Of a DNA stretch of 64,000 nt, positions 1-10,839 are shown in pieces (positions within the stretch are counted from its first letter, which is position 1; each line of letters starts with the position of its first letter). The DNA is from a virus: positions 32,001 through 96,000 of IMG/VR virus record IMGVR_UViG_3300021962_000041; one strand, written 5' to 3'. The notes below the pieces were generated by a model. The model did not search any database. It had not been told where the DNA came from and saw nothing but the letters and a program-made list of their open reading frames with translations. Both the position numbers and the translations under genes were made by a program.

Positions 1-3000
1 CCACCTGCACCGACAACAGCACTAATAGATCCAGAATTACCAGTTGGAGATGTAATTGCAATAGAAACTGGACCACCATAGTAACCAGATCCATAATTAT
101 AATCTTTCCATTCAATACCAACAGAACATGATCCAAGTCCAGTGTAAGTATGTGGAATTGAAGAAATGCCACCATTAACAACAATTGTTGTTCCACTAGT
201 TCCAGCTAAAGATCTAAATATACCTCCTTCTGGTCCTGCCCCAGGATATGGGAAGATATTTGTTGTAACACCTACCGTTGCAGTTCCTCCAGAAACATAA
301 GTATGGTTTACTGTCGAAACACCTACATTCAAAACAATAGTAGTTCCAGCTGTACCAGCAATAACTCTATAAACATCAAAAGTTCCTTGGAGAGTATTTT
401 TACTACTTTGTGGGTAAGCATTACCTAAAGTTCCAATTCCAGCAGGATATGGGAACCTTGTTGTTGAATAACCTATTGGATTTCCTGGACAAGAAAGAAT
501 AATATTTGCTAATCTTACATATTTTCCTGCTTTTAACCCATGATTTCCATTAACTGTAATAGTTACTATTCCAGCATTTCTATCATAAACAAGTCCATTT
601 ACATTAAATGTTGAAATTCCAGTCCATGAATTACAAGAAAATCTTAATCCAGAAAGTCCAAGTGGATCACCAACTCTCAGATTATGGGTACCATTCAACA
701 CAAAAGTTGCAATTCCAGTTGCATTATCATAAGTTCCTGTAACTATTCCAAGAACTTTTGTTGGTGCAGAATATGTGCCAATAGCAACAATAGTTGATAT
801 TCCACCTGAAGCGTTTGTGACAATTCCAATTTGAGCTGGATAAAGAGGTGCAAATCCAAGACCTTGTGTAGATCCGATTGAAATTATGACTCCACCTCTA
901 GGAAGTTGATTTTGATTTACATCATCTGTGGAAATGATATTTTGTCCATTTGAAGAAGTAATACCGGAGAAAATAATACTACTAATCCCAATAGTACTAG
1001 AAAAATATGATGATGTATTATAACCAACTGCATATTGACTATAATCTTGAACTACATTATCATATGGTAATAATTCGCTATTTGGAACATATGATACTGG
1101 GGAATCAAATTGTTTAAAGGTATAAACATTATCTGGATTATTTGCCGTAGTTGGAGTCTGGAATATACCATTTAAGAATAAGAAAGCACTTCCAGTTTGT
1201 ATTCCTGTTGTATTAAGTCCAGAAACTGTTGTTGTATAAGTTCTTCCTACACCAGTTAAAGATGTTGAAATGTCATCAAATATTCTGTTTTTTGAGTAAT
1301 CTTTTCTGAGATAAACTCTTCCACCAAAAACTGCTCTAGGATATGGAACATTATTTGAATTTTTCTCAAGAGTTCCTTTTCCTGTCGGTGCAGATGTGAA
1401 GTAAATAATACTATTAGACCCTATATTGTAATTTCCACTATAAACTCTTACAGTACTACCAATTCCATGTGAAGTGCTAATAGATCCAAGATATGCTCTT
1501 GTAACTTCAATATTGGTATATGTGCCAAAACCAGTTACTTCAGCACCAGAAGTAGTTGCAAAACCAACATTAACAATTCTCATAATTTCATCATCAACTT
1601 TTATTGTTGAATCTGGAATAAAATCTCTAATGGTTCCAAGAGAGAGAATTGATGTAGAATCTCCAATCCCAGCTTGTAAGGTTGTGTTTACTGGAGTGAA
1701 TGCTAATGGATACTGAACTACCCCGTCAATTGTTATAAGAGTTTTTTCAAGTTTTGTGCTCATTTGAAGTTCATGAGCATTTCCAGATCCGAGACTTGTA
1801 AAAGTAACATAAATTCCAGCTAACGCATCAGATTGTCTAGTCGCTAATCTAAACCTATCTTCATCAATTCTAATTGCATACACTTCTGATGGTAAAATAT
1901 CAGTGCTAATTCCTGATTGAGTCAATGAAGTATTAATTCCAACCGCTGTAGATCCAATTCCTATAAAAGTTGATCCAGGGGTGTAAATTAATTTTTCGCC
2001 AGTGTTAAAGAAATGTCTTTCAATTGTAATTATTCCTGTACCTGGATTGAGGAAAGTTGTGCTAGATGGTGAAAACTTTTTACTAAAAATGGAAACACCA
2101 TCAGAAGTTAATTTAAATGTCGTTTTATTTGATCTTGAACCGTTGACTGCATTGTAAAAAAGTAATTCCATACTTTCTCTTAATTTACCATATTCTAGTG
2201 ATGGATAATTATTAGCAAAGTCACTTTCACTATAAATGACCTCATTGAAAGAACTGATTTGTAAAGTTGCAGTAATTCCAGGATCTCTATAGAATCTCAA
2301 TTCTGCTGGTGATGTTGAATAATCTACACCAAAAGTTCCAATACCAGATGTTGATCCAATTGAGACGAATGGATATTGTGTCATTACACAATTTCCATTA
2401 TTGTTTGCAACAAGAACTTGATGCAATGCACTTGTATTACCGTAAGATACTCTTACTAATGATTTTATAGTCGATACTTCAGTTTTATCAAATTTAAATA
2501 TTGAAGTGCTGGCGATAGAGACTTTTCTATAATCCGATTCAAATTTAAATGATCTCTCAGTGCCTTCAATTTGACCATTTAAAATAGATCTATAAGTTCC
2601 TACACCCACTGCTGTAGTACCAAAACCAACTACTCTACTTCTAACTACAACTTCTCCATTGTAAGTTGGATTTTCATAAGTTAAACTAAAAGTTCCAGCA
2701 TTTAAAGATGCCCTAAATGTACCTATTGGATTATATGAATTATTATCTACATTAATAGTATCAAAGAAATAATCAGATTGATAAGTATTTGTTCCATCAT
2801 GAGTTATATAAAGTTCAACAATATTTTTTATCTGCTCATTATTTTTAGCATAGACTTCGGCAGTCACATACATGGACTCTAATTTATTTGATTGAGCAGA
2901 AATAATCTCTGTTGTAATACCAATAGTTGCAGAATCCACTGATCCCGAAAGATTAATAAATCCAACATTAATTGTACCAATGCCAGTAGTATCAGCACCA

Positions 3001-6000
3001 AAATAAGTTTTTAAAATTTTGATATCATAATCAATATCGGTATAATTGGTTGGATAGAATCTAAGAGTTCTATCGCCAAATTCATTTACATATCCTTCAA
3101 TATCAACTGGTTGATCAGTTGTTGTAAAAATTGAAGATTTTTCAAATGTTATTAAATCAGTTGAACGCCCCTTAACAAGAATTACTTCTGTTGCCTGAAT
3201 GTTAGTTGATGCTGGATCAATGATTTGAATCAAAAATCTAGCAAACGAATCTTCAAAAATAGTTTCTATGTAAGGATTTAATGAAGATCTAGAATTTGAA
3301 AATTGTGGACTAATATCATCAATTTTAAGAACATTGTTTGTTCTACATTCAATGTATCCAGCTAATTTTCTATTTTTGAGTTTTATATCCTTAGTTCTAC
3401 CTTGGATAACATTATTATCAACACCCAAATCAAATCCATATATTGTATCTACACGATCTTCATTAATAAAATCAAATGTAGTTATTGACTCAACTGGTGT
3501 TACAGTTACTCCTGCTCCAGCAACATCTTTAACTTCAGTATCTGAGAAATTTTTTAATCCAACGGTGTGTAATAAAGAATTGACTGGGTTGATTAATTTT
3601 TCAAATTCTATTGGACTCTTTATTGTATATGATAAAGACTGATAATAATCATTATCTGGTAGAACTTGATAATCTTCGTTTAATTTGCCAATATTGTCCA
3701 ACCACCCAAGATCTTGCCTTGCAGAATAATTAATTTCAAAACGAGCATTATTATTAATAAAACTATCAACTCTTGCTCTAGTACCACTGAAAGTACCAAT
3801 AATTAAATCACCAATTTCTAATTCATATCTTCCAACAGATTTAATAAATGTTGTCCTATCCTCAGTAACAACTAAGTCAGTTTCAATATATTCTCCATTT
3901 GTAAAGACTAGCAACTTCTCACCAAGACTAAATTTTGTCGATCCAGTAATGACATCAAATCTAGGATAATCTTCATATCTAACAAAAGATGCAAATGTAG
4001 GGGTAGTAACTGCTATTCCAGCATTTGTTGTTATACCAGTTAGGTTAAATTCTAATTCTGCTGGGTTCGTATTTCTATATGCAGTGATATCATAAAATTT
4101 AAATTTGTTGTCAATTGCATTAAATCCATTTCCACTAGTTCCATATTTTTCAACACCTTCTACAAAAATCTTATCTCCAACATTTACAATATTTTGACTA
4201 TATCCAGCAATAGGTGTTTGAATAGTGCAAGTTACTATTCCTGTTGGTTGATCGTAGTCAACTTTACTAATAGTAAACCCATTAGTATTATTAACAGCAA
4301 ATAAAGTATGCTTAGAAGAATCCAAACCATTTGGAGCTTCAATAATATTAATTTTTCCTATACCAGAACCACCTACAGATGGTGTAATAATTCCATTATC
4401 TATTGCAATACCTTCAGAATTTGCCAGGATAAGATCTGGTGCTGATTGATAGTATCTACCTCCATATGTTATATCAATAGATTTTACAATATTTGTATCA
4501 AGTACAAAAAATGTTGATGGAACTAGTGCTTGTGGACGTAAAGTTACATCAGATGGATACTCAAATCCTGGATCAACAATTCTTACCTGATCAATTTTTC
4601 CTATCGTGTTAGATGTTGTATATACTTGAGCTCCTGTGCCATTTAGAGATTCAAATCCACTAATTACAGGTAGTTTCTTATAACTAACTCCACCCGATGT
4701 CAATGATAATCTACCAATCCCCCCACTAGCAGTTTTGGAAAATGTTGTATATGAACAACTCTCACATTGAGTACTTGAATATGAAGTTGATTCTGGAATT
4801 TTTGTTAAAGAAATTTTAAATTTATCATTAGTAACATCAAATACGGAATATCTACCATTATACAAACTATCAATATAACTTATCTTTGATGCATTGGTAA
4901 CATCTAAATCCGAAGTTGATATAAATCCAGATTTTTCTAATGCATAGAAAAATACCTGGGGCATTCCTGCATCATATCTGAGAGTTATTTTTGCATCGCT
5001 ACTAATTCCAATAGTTCCAACACCAGAAACTACAAAATTAGCAGTATTTCCAACGGATATAAATTCATTCTTAAATTGAGAATCATAATAGAATTTTAAA
5101 TTATATCCACTTAATGTAGAATCTTTTACATCAAATACAATATCATTATTTCTTACAATATTCAATTGTGGATTTATTAAAGATATTGTATGAGAAGTTC
5201 CACCAACAGAATTTATATTTACAATTGAAGGTGGATAAATTTTGTTATCGTATAAAGTTTCAGTAAGATTAAATGTATTTTCGTCTAAAACATAAACATA
5301 ATAATCACCAGTTTGTAATCCAGAAGCTACTGTGGTAACTGGTTTATAGTAAATTTTATCACCATTAGAAAATCCATGTCTTGCAATAGTAATACTATCC
5401 TTTGCAGTATTGATTCCCGATGAACTAAATGTGATCTGATTTACAAGTATTCTTTGACCTATCGTATCATACTTAAGTCTAATTGAACCAGATGTACCAA
5501 CACCAACAGATTGATTTGATTTAATATCTAAATTGATAATATCTCCATTTTTCAAACCATGGCTAGTTGATAAAGAAACCAAAGTTGTAACTCGATTTAC
5601 ATCAGATGTTACTTGAGTAAAGTCTGATCTAATTGCATAACCAAAATTATTTGACCCAAAACTAGCAAAAAATAGACCTTTAGTTGATGTTGTTAATCCT
5701 ACCTGGGTTACAATTCCAATATGATCATCAGATTGTTTTACAACGTAAAATGGTTCCCAATCTCCAGAACTTAAAATTGGAGTAGGACTATCAGCGGGAG
5801 TTTTTTGTACGAATAATGATGCTTCCCCTAGTGGTTTTTTAATTAAAACTTTTTGATTTGTTTGGAATGGGTGATTTGGGAGTCTAATACTTTGAATTGG
5901 AATTGAAGTAGTTCCTGTTAATTCGCCTATTCCAATAGTATAAGTAACAGATGTACTAAATCCAACTGAAGTACCAACACCTACAGATTCGGATGGATTG

Positions 6001-9000
6001 AAATAAACAATATCATTTACCTTTGATTCAAATTTTGGAGTTGATATTGGTAATGAGAAATAAGTTGGGACAAGTTCAACTTTTGCGGATAAAGTATGAG
6101 CATATCCAGATGTGTTACGAGTAACTCTTAAGATTTTTCGATCATCAAATTTATTGATAATCGTCATTGTCTCAGTTCCACTAACTTTTACAACATCACC
6201 AACATTCATATTTTCTGGAATACTAGAAACGTAAATATCAGTAATGACACCAACAATAGTTGTTGATGGAATTGCTTTATATAAAAATGTTTCTGATGTA
6301 GTAATTCCTACTTTATAATTTCTACCAAGAACATTCTTTAATGATGTGCTTATTCCACTTAAATATACGTTGTCAGATTGATTAAAACTATGTGTTGTTG
6401 AAATATAACCTTGAATTTCATTTTCACTTTTCCAGATTAAGATAACACCCTGATATTTCAATGTACTAGTTTCTACACTAGTTATTTCTCTTCCATTTAT
6501 CAAAGAAACTTGTGCCGAAGCTCCAGATCCGCCCGTATTATTATTATTAAAAATCGCAGCATCTCCAATTTTATAATTATCTCCAGCAGTAATAATATCT
6601 AATCTATCTACTGATCCTCTTAATACAGATTCTACAATTGATGTTTGGTTAATGAGTTCATTTGATTCAACAATAAAGTCACTACCAGAATATTGGTCAG
6701 ATGTATTGTATGGTAATGTATTTCTAATTATTTCAGTTCCTTTAAAATCATAATCTTGGTTAATAATATAAGTTTCGTCTAACAAATTAGACCTAAAAGA
6801 ATCACCAAGAAAATATGGAAATACTGGTTCAATTGTATTTGTTGTTGCATTTACTTTTAATGTCGTAAAGTATGCATATGTTCCTAATGGAAATTCTGGT
6901 GTCTTACAAAATCTTCCATTTGATTCATCTAGATCTCCAGAATCGTTATATGCATAATCTTCTATAAAAAATCCACTTGAAAAATCTGAAGGTCTATTAA
7001 TTATATTATTTGTATTCAATACATAACTAGAAGATAATAATTTTACAGGAGAATCATTCACTTGTGGATCTTCATAACCATATGGACCATAAATTGGATT
7101 GCCGTCCAACGCCCAACCAATTATAGGTGAGTGATCACTTCCATCATCATCAAAATATTGTGATCCTATATTTGTAGAATAACCAACAACACAATATTTT
7201 AAATTTGTTATAGATTTCTTTAAAATGTCTGCTCCATATCTGGCAAAAGTATTAACCCTAAGACTTCTAACAATAGGGTCTAGTGAAAGTTCAGATCCAG
7301 CTGATTTAACTGTTATACTAGTAGTATCTTGAACATAGTTCACACCAGGATTTATTACTATAACTTGTGAAATCGCATTGTTAACAATAACAGCTCTTAA
7401 TTTTGCACCAGTTCCTTCACCACTAACAACAAGATCTGGCGTAGAATAGTATTCTCTACCACCACTAAGGACTTGTACGGAATCAATTTTTCCATTTTTA
7501 ATATATGTCTTTAATTGTGCATCTTTACCTGTTTTTACTGTAATTAATGGTTTTTTATGTAAATTTAAAATACTAGAACCATAATTAGTTCCTGCCTGAT
7601 ATAAGTAAATATCATTTACAACCCCACGAATAATTGGAGTGGCAGTTATAATACCAGATATACCATCACGATATTTTACATTAACACTAATACTGATGGG
7701 TGGATATTCAAAAACTTGATATCCAGTACCTTTTGATTGAAACTTAATATAATTTTTTCGTTCATAATTTGAAGTTATTGTTCCACCGATTCCAGCATCA
7801 GCAAGTCTAAACTTATTATTAGTTATCTTAATAACTTGATATTGTTTAGAAGTAGATAATCCTGAAATTATAGTTGGAAGAGTTGAACCTACACCAACTG
7901 CTGCAGAATAAACAATTTTTTCACCATCATTGAACCCATGATTTACAAAGTTAATTGTATTATCACTAGTGGATATACCCGATGGAGAAACTCTTAATTT
8001 TCTATTTGAATATCCTTCTCCAGAGGATAAAACATCAATACGAGTTACAGTATTTGCAGATTCTAGAAGTCTGAATTTTTGGAATCCAATATTACTTGCT
8101 GTAGTAAATCCAATTGTGTTAATTCCAGAATTGAAATCCTTTTGGGTTCTATAAAGACGTATTGTTTTTGGACCTGTTGTTTGTGCATAATATACAGATC
8201 CATTTTCTAAGTATTCAGTCTTTATTCCAGTAGTATCATTAGATCCTCTAAATGTTCCGATACTTATTGGTGGACTACCATTTTTATCATAAACTAGTGC
8301 TTGACCAGATTTAATATTATGATCTTTCAAGAAACTTAAATCATCTAATGTTACATCCAATCCACCACCTTGTGTTGATGGTAAAGCACTAAAATCTAAT
8401 TCTCTATATCTTTTTGATGTTATTGGTTTTAAAATACACCCAGATCCATTTCCACCAGTTATTGTCACTGATACAGCATCATCAATATCAAAATCTTGAG
8501 GATCAACAAATACTTCTTTTACCGATCCAGTAACGACTGGTTGTACGAGTGCAGTAGTTCCAATTCCAGGAGAAGAAACCTCAATAAGTGGTGGGTTAAT
8601 AACATCATAATTTGAACCAGTATTTAAAATATTGACATCTTCTAAAGGTCCAAAATAAATTCTATCATTTGATTTATATGAATTTATTTCTACACCATTA
8701 ATTAATATACCAACAGTTTCAGCTTCCGTTTTTGTTCTAGTTGAACGTTGAATGTCTGGAAATAAAGGAAACTTTTTAAGACTTTTTTGTGGACCAATTT
8801 TTAAGTTATTTTGGAAAGATAATGTAAATGTATGGTTTCCAGTTCCCGTATCTAAAGTGCTAAATTCAATATAGTCGTCAGATGGGATGAAAGATCTTGA
8901 AGTATAAAGTTTGATTTTATTAGACTCTGCTAAAACTCTGACGTAATATAGACCTTCATCTAAACCAGGGATAGATTGATTTTCTGGTTTATAATAAACC

Positions 9001-10838
9001 TCATCACCAGTTATAAATGGAACACTAGTTTGGAATGATAATACAGAGTACTTTAATGTCGATGGATCATAATTTTGAACTCGATCACCATTTGCTTCTC
9101 CTAGTGAAATTGCAGATAAATTAGTTGTTATTGGGTATGATGGTAATGAATTTGAAGCAACATACATGTATTCATCATTTTCATTATATACATTTTGAAC
9201 GTCGGAAGTAATGACATTATTACCATATTGTATTTCCGCACCAGAACTTGTTGCTTTATTTAAATTTCTACGAATATCATACTCTTTAAGAGGATCTACA
9301 ATAAATCCAGATAGATTATTGAGAAGAATTTCTTTTGTTGACTTATTAATATTAGATACTATGGCGCCAGCATATTCAACAATTTGAGTATTTCTTCTCA
9401 AAATTTCAATTGTATCACCAACTTTGAGAGAAGATTTATCTATGTCAGAATAGAGTAAAAATGTACTACCAGAAATTCCTTTTACTTGATATCTAACCGA
9501 AGTATTGTATATCCATGTATTGGAGAAAATTTGCTTTTTAGTTTTAAATTGGTCAGGATTTTTTATTATTTCACCGAGATTTTTAACATAGATTACCTCT
9601 CCTTCATCGGTAAATGAAATATCTGATACTGGAACAAACTTTGATAGTACACCTGTTATTCTTACTTCTACTTTTTTTGTAAGGTCGCCATCTTCATAAC
9701 CATACATTACCTCATCAAATCTAATATCTTCTGCGGGTGATATTGCTGACGTTATACCACTACATCCTAAAAATTGATTAATTGTTTTATCAGTGTAAGT
9801 AATTGTATTTCCGCCACAAAATACCGTTCCTGATTTTGGAAACTCAACAGTAGAATCAACACTAATAACTTCTGATCCTACAGGAATATTTCCAATCACC
9901 CTTGTTTTTCCTGGAACAGTGAAAGTTCCTTCAATAAGAGCATTTTCACTAAATCCTACAAATAATGATAATTTGTAATATACTAGATTATTTTTTGATA
10001 TAATCTCAACCTCAGAAACAGATGCTTTTGTTGCAGGATCTGTTGATTTTCTAATGGTTTGTCCAACTAATTTTAATGGGTCTCCAGAAATTCTTTCTAC
10101 AAGAAGAGTTTCTCTTCTAATGTATTCTGCAGACGATGGTTTAATTAGATATTTTTCTAAATCTACTATTCTTGGAGTTACTCCATACAATATATTAAAA
10201 AGAATTCTAAAAGATTCTTTAGTTCCTTTAGATGCGTAAAAAGATCTAGCTTCCTTTATAAAATTACTAACATCTAAATTTTCAACAAAAGTTAATTCTT
10301 CTAGTCCAGGAGTAAGAGAATATTTTACTTTTTTATAAAACTCTTGTAAAAAGAGAGCACTGAGATTTTTTACATCAGAACCAGATTCGTGTGAAGATGC
10401 TTCAGATGTAGAAAAAACTAAATCATTTCTTTCTAATTCTTCGTAATAAGTTGTTATACCACTAAAACCACGTACACATCCAGTAAATGTATTGGTCGTG
10501 ATTCCAGAGTATGTAATAATTTCATCATCAATTTTTAATAGACCCCAATTTAATGGGAATCCTTTTGTGCTTTCTACAACGATTACATCAGATTCGCTTG
10601 TTACAGAACTTTCTAACGTTGTTTCACCACTTACTACTTCTGGAGTTAAATTATCCAGTTTTAAATATTGGTCTAAATTCTCTACAATATCAATTGATCC
10701 CCCAGGAATTTCCTGAGAAATGTAATATTGCTTTAAGAACTCAGCAGCTTTTGGAGATTCTGAAAGAATAAATTCTGGAAGTTGATTTTCTACAATTTGG
10801 TGAATTTTTACTCTCGTTTCAAATCCCGTTTTTATCAT
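1..10838 (-). CDS. gp7: Giant baseplate wedge initiator / virion structural protein (gp7-like), 3' end runs off the window (>3600 aa here)
   Basis: ATG at 10838, immediately after the gp6 stop, reads MIKTGFETRVKIHQIVENQLPEFILSESPKAAEFLKQYY. Gly/Ser/Thr/Val-rich beta-type sequence in the stretches I translated (not checked codon by codon). Gene order gp25-gp6-gp7 matches T4-like cyanophages. Probably absent from the ORF track because there is no stop in the window. Confidence 0.8.
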   Translation of the reverse strand, partial: MIKTGFETRVKIHQIVENQLPEFILSESPKAAEFLKQYYISQEIPGGSIDIVENLDQYLKLDNLTPEVVSGETTLESSVTSESDVIVVESTKGFPLNWGLLKIDDEIITYSGITTNTFTGCVRGFSGITTYYEELERNDLVFSTSEASSHESGSDVKNLSALFLQEFYKKVKYSLTPGLEELTFVENLDVSNFIKEARSFYASKGTKESFRILFNILYGVTPRIVDLEKYLIKPSSAEYIRRETLLVERISGDPLKLVGQTIRKSTDPATKASVSEVEIISKNNLVYYKLSLFVGFSENALIEGTFTVPGKTRVIGNIPVGSEVISVDSTVEFPKSGTVFCGGNTITYTDKTINQFLGCSGITSAISPAEDIRFDEVMYGYEDGDLTKKVEVRITGVLSKFVPVSDISFTDEGEVIYVKNLGEIIKNPDQFKTKKQIFSNTWIYNTSVRYQVKGISGSTFLLYSDIDKSSLKVGDTIEILRRNTQIVEYAGAIVSNINKSTKEILLNNLSGFIVDPLKEYDIRRNLNKATSSGAEIQYGNNVITSDVQNVYNENDEYMYVASNSLPSYPITTNLSAISLGEANGDRVQNYDPSTLKYSVLSFQTSVPFITGDEVYYKPENQSIPGLDEGLYYVRVLAESNKIKLYTSRSFIPSDDYIEFSTLDTGTGNHTFTLSFQNNLKIGPQKSLKKFPLFPDIQRSTRTKTEAETVGILINGVEINSYKSNDRIYFGPLEDVNILNTGSNYDVINPPLIEVSSPGIGTTALVQPVVTGSVKEVFVDPQDFDIDDAVSVTITGGNGSGCILKPITSKRYRELDFSALPSTQGGGLDVTLDDLSFLKDHNIKSGQALVYDKNGSPPISIGTFRGSNDTTGIKTEYLENGSVYYAQTTGPKTIRLYRTQKDFNSGINTIGFTTASNIGFQKFRLLESANTVTRIDVLSSGEGYSNRKLRVSPSGISTSDNTINFVNHGFNDGEKIVYSAAVGVGSTLPTIISGLSTSKQYQVIKITNNKFRLADAGIGGTITSNYERKNYIKFQSKGTGYQVFEYPPISISVNVKYRDGISGIITATPIIRGVVNDIYLYQAGTNYGSSILNLHKKPLITVKTGKDAQLKTYIKNGKIDSVQVLSGGREYYSTPDLVVSGEGTGAKLRAVIVNNAISQVIVINPGVNYVQDTTSITVKSAGSELSLDPIVRSLRVNTFARYGADILKKSITNLKYCVVGYSTNIGSQYFDDDGSDHSPIIGWALDGNPIYGPYGYEDPQVNDSPVKLLSSSYVLNTNNIINRPSDFSSGFFIEDYAYNDSGDLDESNGRFCKTPEFPLGTYAYFTTLKVNATTNTIEPVFPYFLGDSFRSNLLDETYIINQDYDFKGTEIIRNTLPYNTSDQYSGSDFIVESNELINQTSIVESVLRGSVDRLDIITAGDNYKIGDAAIFNNNNTGGSGASAQVSLINGREITSVETSTLKYQGVILIWKSENEIQGYISTTHSFNQSDNVYLSGISTSLKNVLGRNYKVGITTSETFLYKAIPSTTIVGVITDIYVSSIPENMNVGDVVKVSGTETMTIINKFDDRKILRVTRNTSGYAHTLSAKVELVPTYFSLPISTPKFESKVNDIVYFNPSESVGVGTSVGFSTSVTYTIGIGELTGTTSIPIQSIRLPNHPFQTNQKVLIKKPLGEASLFVQKTPADSPTPILSSGDWEPFYVVKQSDDHIGIVTQVGLTTSTKGLFFASFGSNNFGYAIRSDFTQVTSDVNRVTTLVSLSTSHGLKNGDIINLDIKSNQSVGVGTSGSIRLKYDTIGQRILVNQITFSSSGINTAKDSITIARHGFSNGDKIYYKPVTTVASGLQTGDYYVYVLDENTFNLTETLYDNKIYPPSIVNINSVGGTSHTISLINPQLNIVRNNDIVFDVKDSTLSGYNLKFYYDSQFKNEFISVGNTANFVVSGVGTIGISSDAKITLRYDAGMPQVFFYALEKSGFISTSDLDVTNASKISYIDSLYNGRYSVFDVTNDKFKISLTKIPESTSYSSTQCESCSYTTFSKTASGGIGRLSLTSGGVSYKKLPVISGFESLNGTGAQVYTTSNTIGKIDQVRIVDPGFEYPSDVTLRPQALVPSTFFVLDTNIVKSIDITYGGRYYQSAPDLILANSEGIAIDNGIITPSVGGSGIGKINIIEAPNGLDSSKHTLFAVNNTNGFTISKVDYDQPTGIVTCTIQTPIAGYSQNIVNVGDKIFVEGVEKYGTSGNGFNAIDNKFKFYDITAYRNTNPAELEFNLTGITTNAGIAVTTPTFASFVRYEDYPRFDVITGSTKFSLGEKLLVFTNGEYIETDLVVTEDRTTFIKSVGRYELEIGDLIIGTFSGTRARVDSFINNNARFEINYSARQDLGWLDNIGKLNEDYQVLPDNDYYQSLSYTIKSPIEFEKLINPVNSLLHTVGLKNFSDTEVKDVAGAGVTVTPVESITTFDFINEDRVDTIYGFDLGVDNNVIQGRTKDIKLKNRKLAGYIECRTNNVLKIDDISPQFSNSRSSLNPYIETIFEDSFARFLIQIIDPASTNIQATEVILVKGRSTDLITFEKSSIFTTTDQPVDIEGYVNEFGDRTLRFYPTNYTDIDYDIKILKTYFGADTTGIGTINVGFINLSGSVDSATIGITTEIISAQSNKLESMYVTAEVYAKNNEQIKNIVELYITHDGTNTYQSDYFFDTINVDNNSYNPIGTFRASLNAGTFSLTYENPTYNGEVVVRSRVVGFGTTAVGVGTYRSILNGQIEGTERSFKFESDYRKVSIASTSIFKFDKTEVSTIKSLVRVSYGNTSALHQVLVANNNGNCVMTQYPFVSIGSTSGIGTFGVDYSTSPAELRFYRDPGITATLQISSFNEVIYSESDFANNYPSLEYGKLRESMELLFYNAVNGSRSNKTTFKLTSDGVSIFSKKFSPSSTTFLNPGTGIITIERHFFNTGEKLIYTPGSTFIGIGSTAVGINTSLTQSGISTDILPSEVYAIRIDEDRFRLATRQSDALAGIYVTFTSLGSGNAHELQMSTKLEKTLITIDGVVQYPLAFTPVNTTLQAGIGDSTSILSLGTIRDFIPDSTIKVDDEIMRIVNVGFATTSGAEVTGFGTYTNIEVTRAYLGSISTSHGIGSTVRVYSGNYNIGSNSIIYFTSAPTGKGTLEKNSNNVPYPRAVFGGRVYLRKDYSKNRIFDDISTSLTGVGRTYTTTVSGLNTTGIQTGSAFLFLNGIFQTPTTANNPDNVYTFKQFDSPVSYVPNSELLPYDNVVQDYSQYAVGYNTSSYFSSTIGISSIIFSGITSSNGQNIISTDDVNQNQLPRGGVIISIGSTQGLGFAPLYPAQIGIVTNASGGISTIVAIGTYSAPTKVLGIVTGTYDNATGIATFVLNGTHNLRVGDPLGLSGLRFSCNSWTGISTFNVNGLVYDRNAGIVTITVNGNHGLKAGKYVRLANIILSCPGNPIGYSTTRFPYPAGIGTLGNAYPQSSKNTLQGTFDVYRVIAGTAGTTIVLNVGVSTVNHTYVSGGTATVGVTTNIFPYPGAGPEGGIFRSLAGTSGTTIVVNGGISSIPHTYTGLGSCSVGIEWKDYNYGSGYYGGPVSIAITSPTGNSGSISAVVGAG

Positions 10839-10839
10839 T

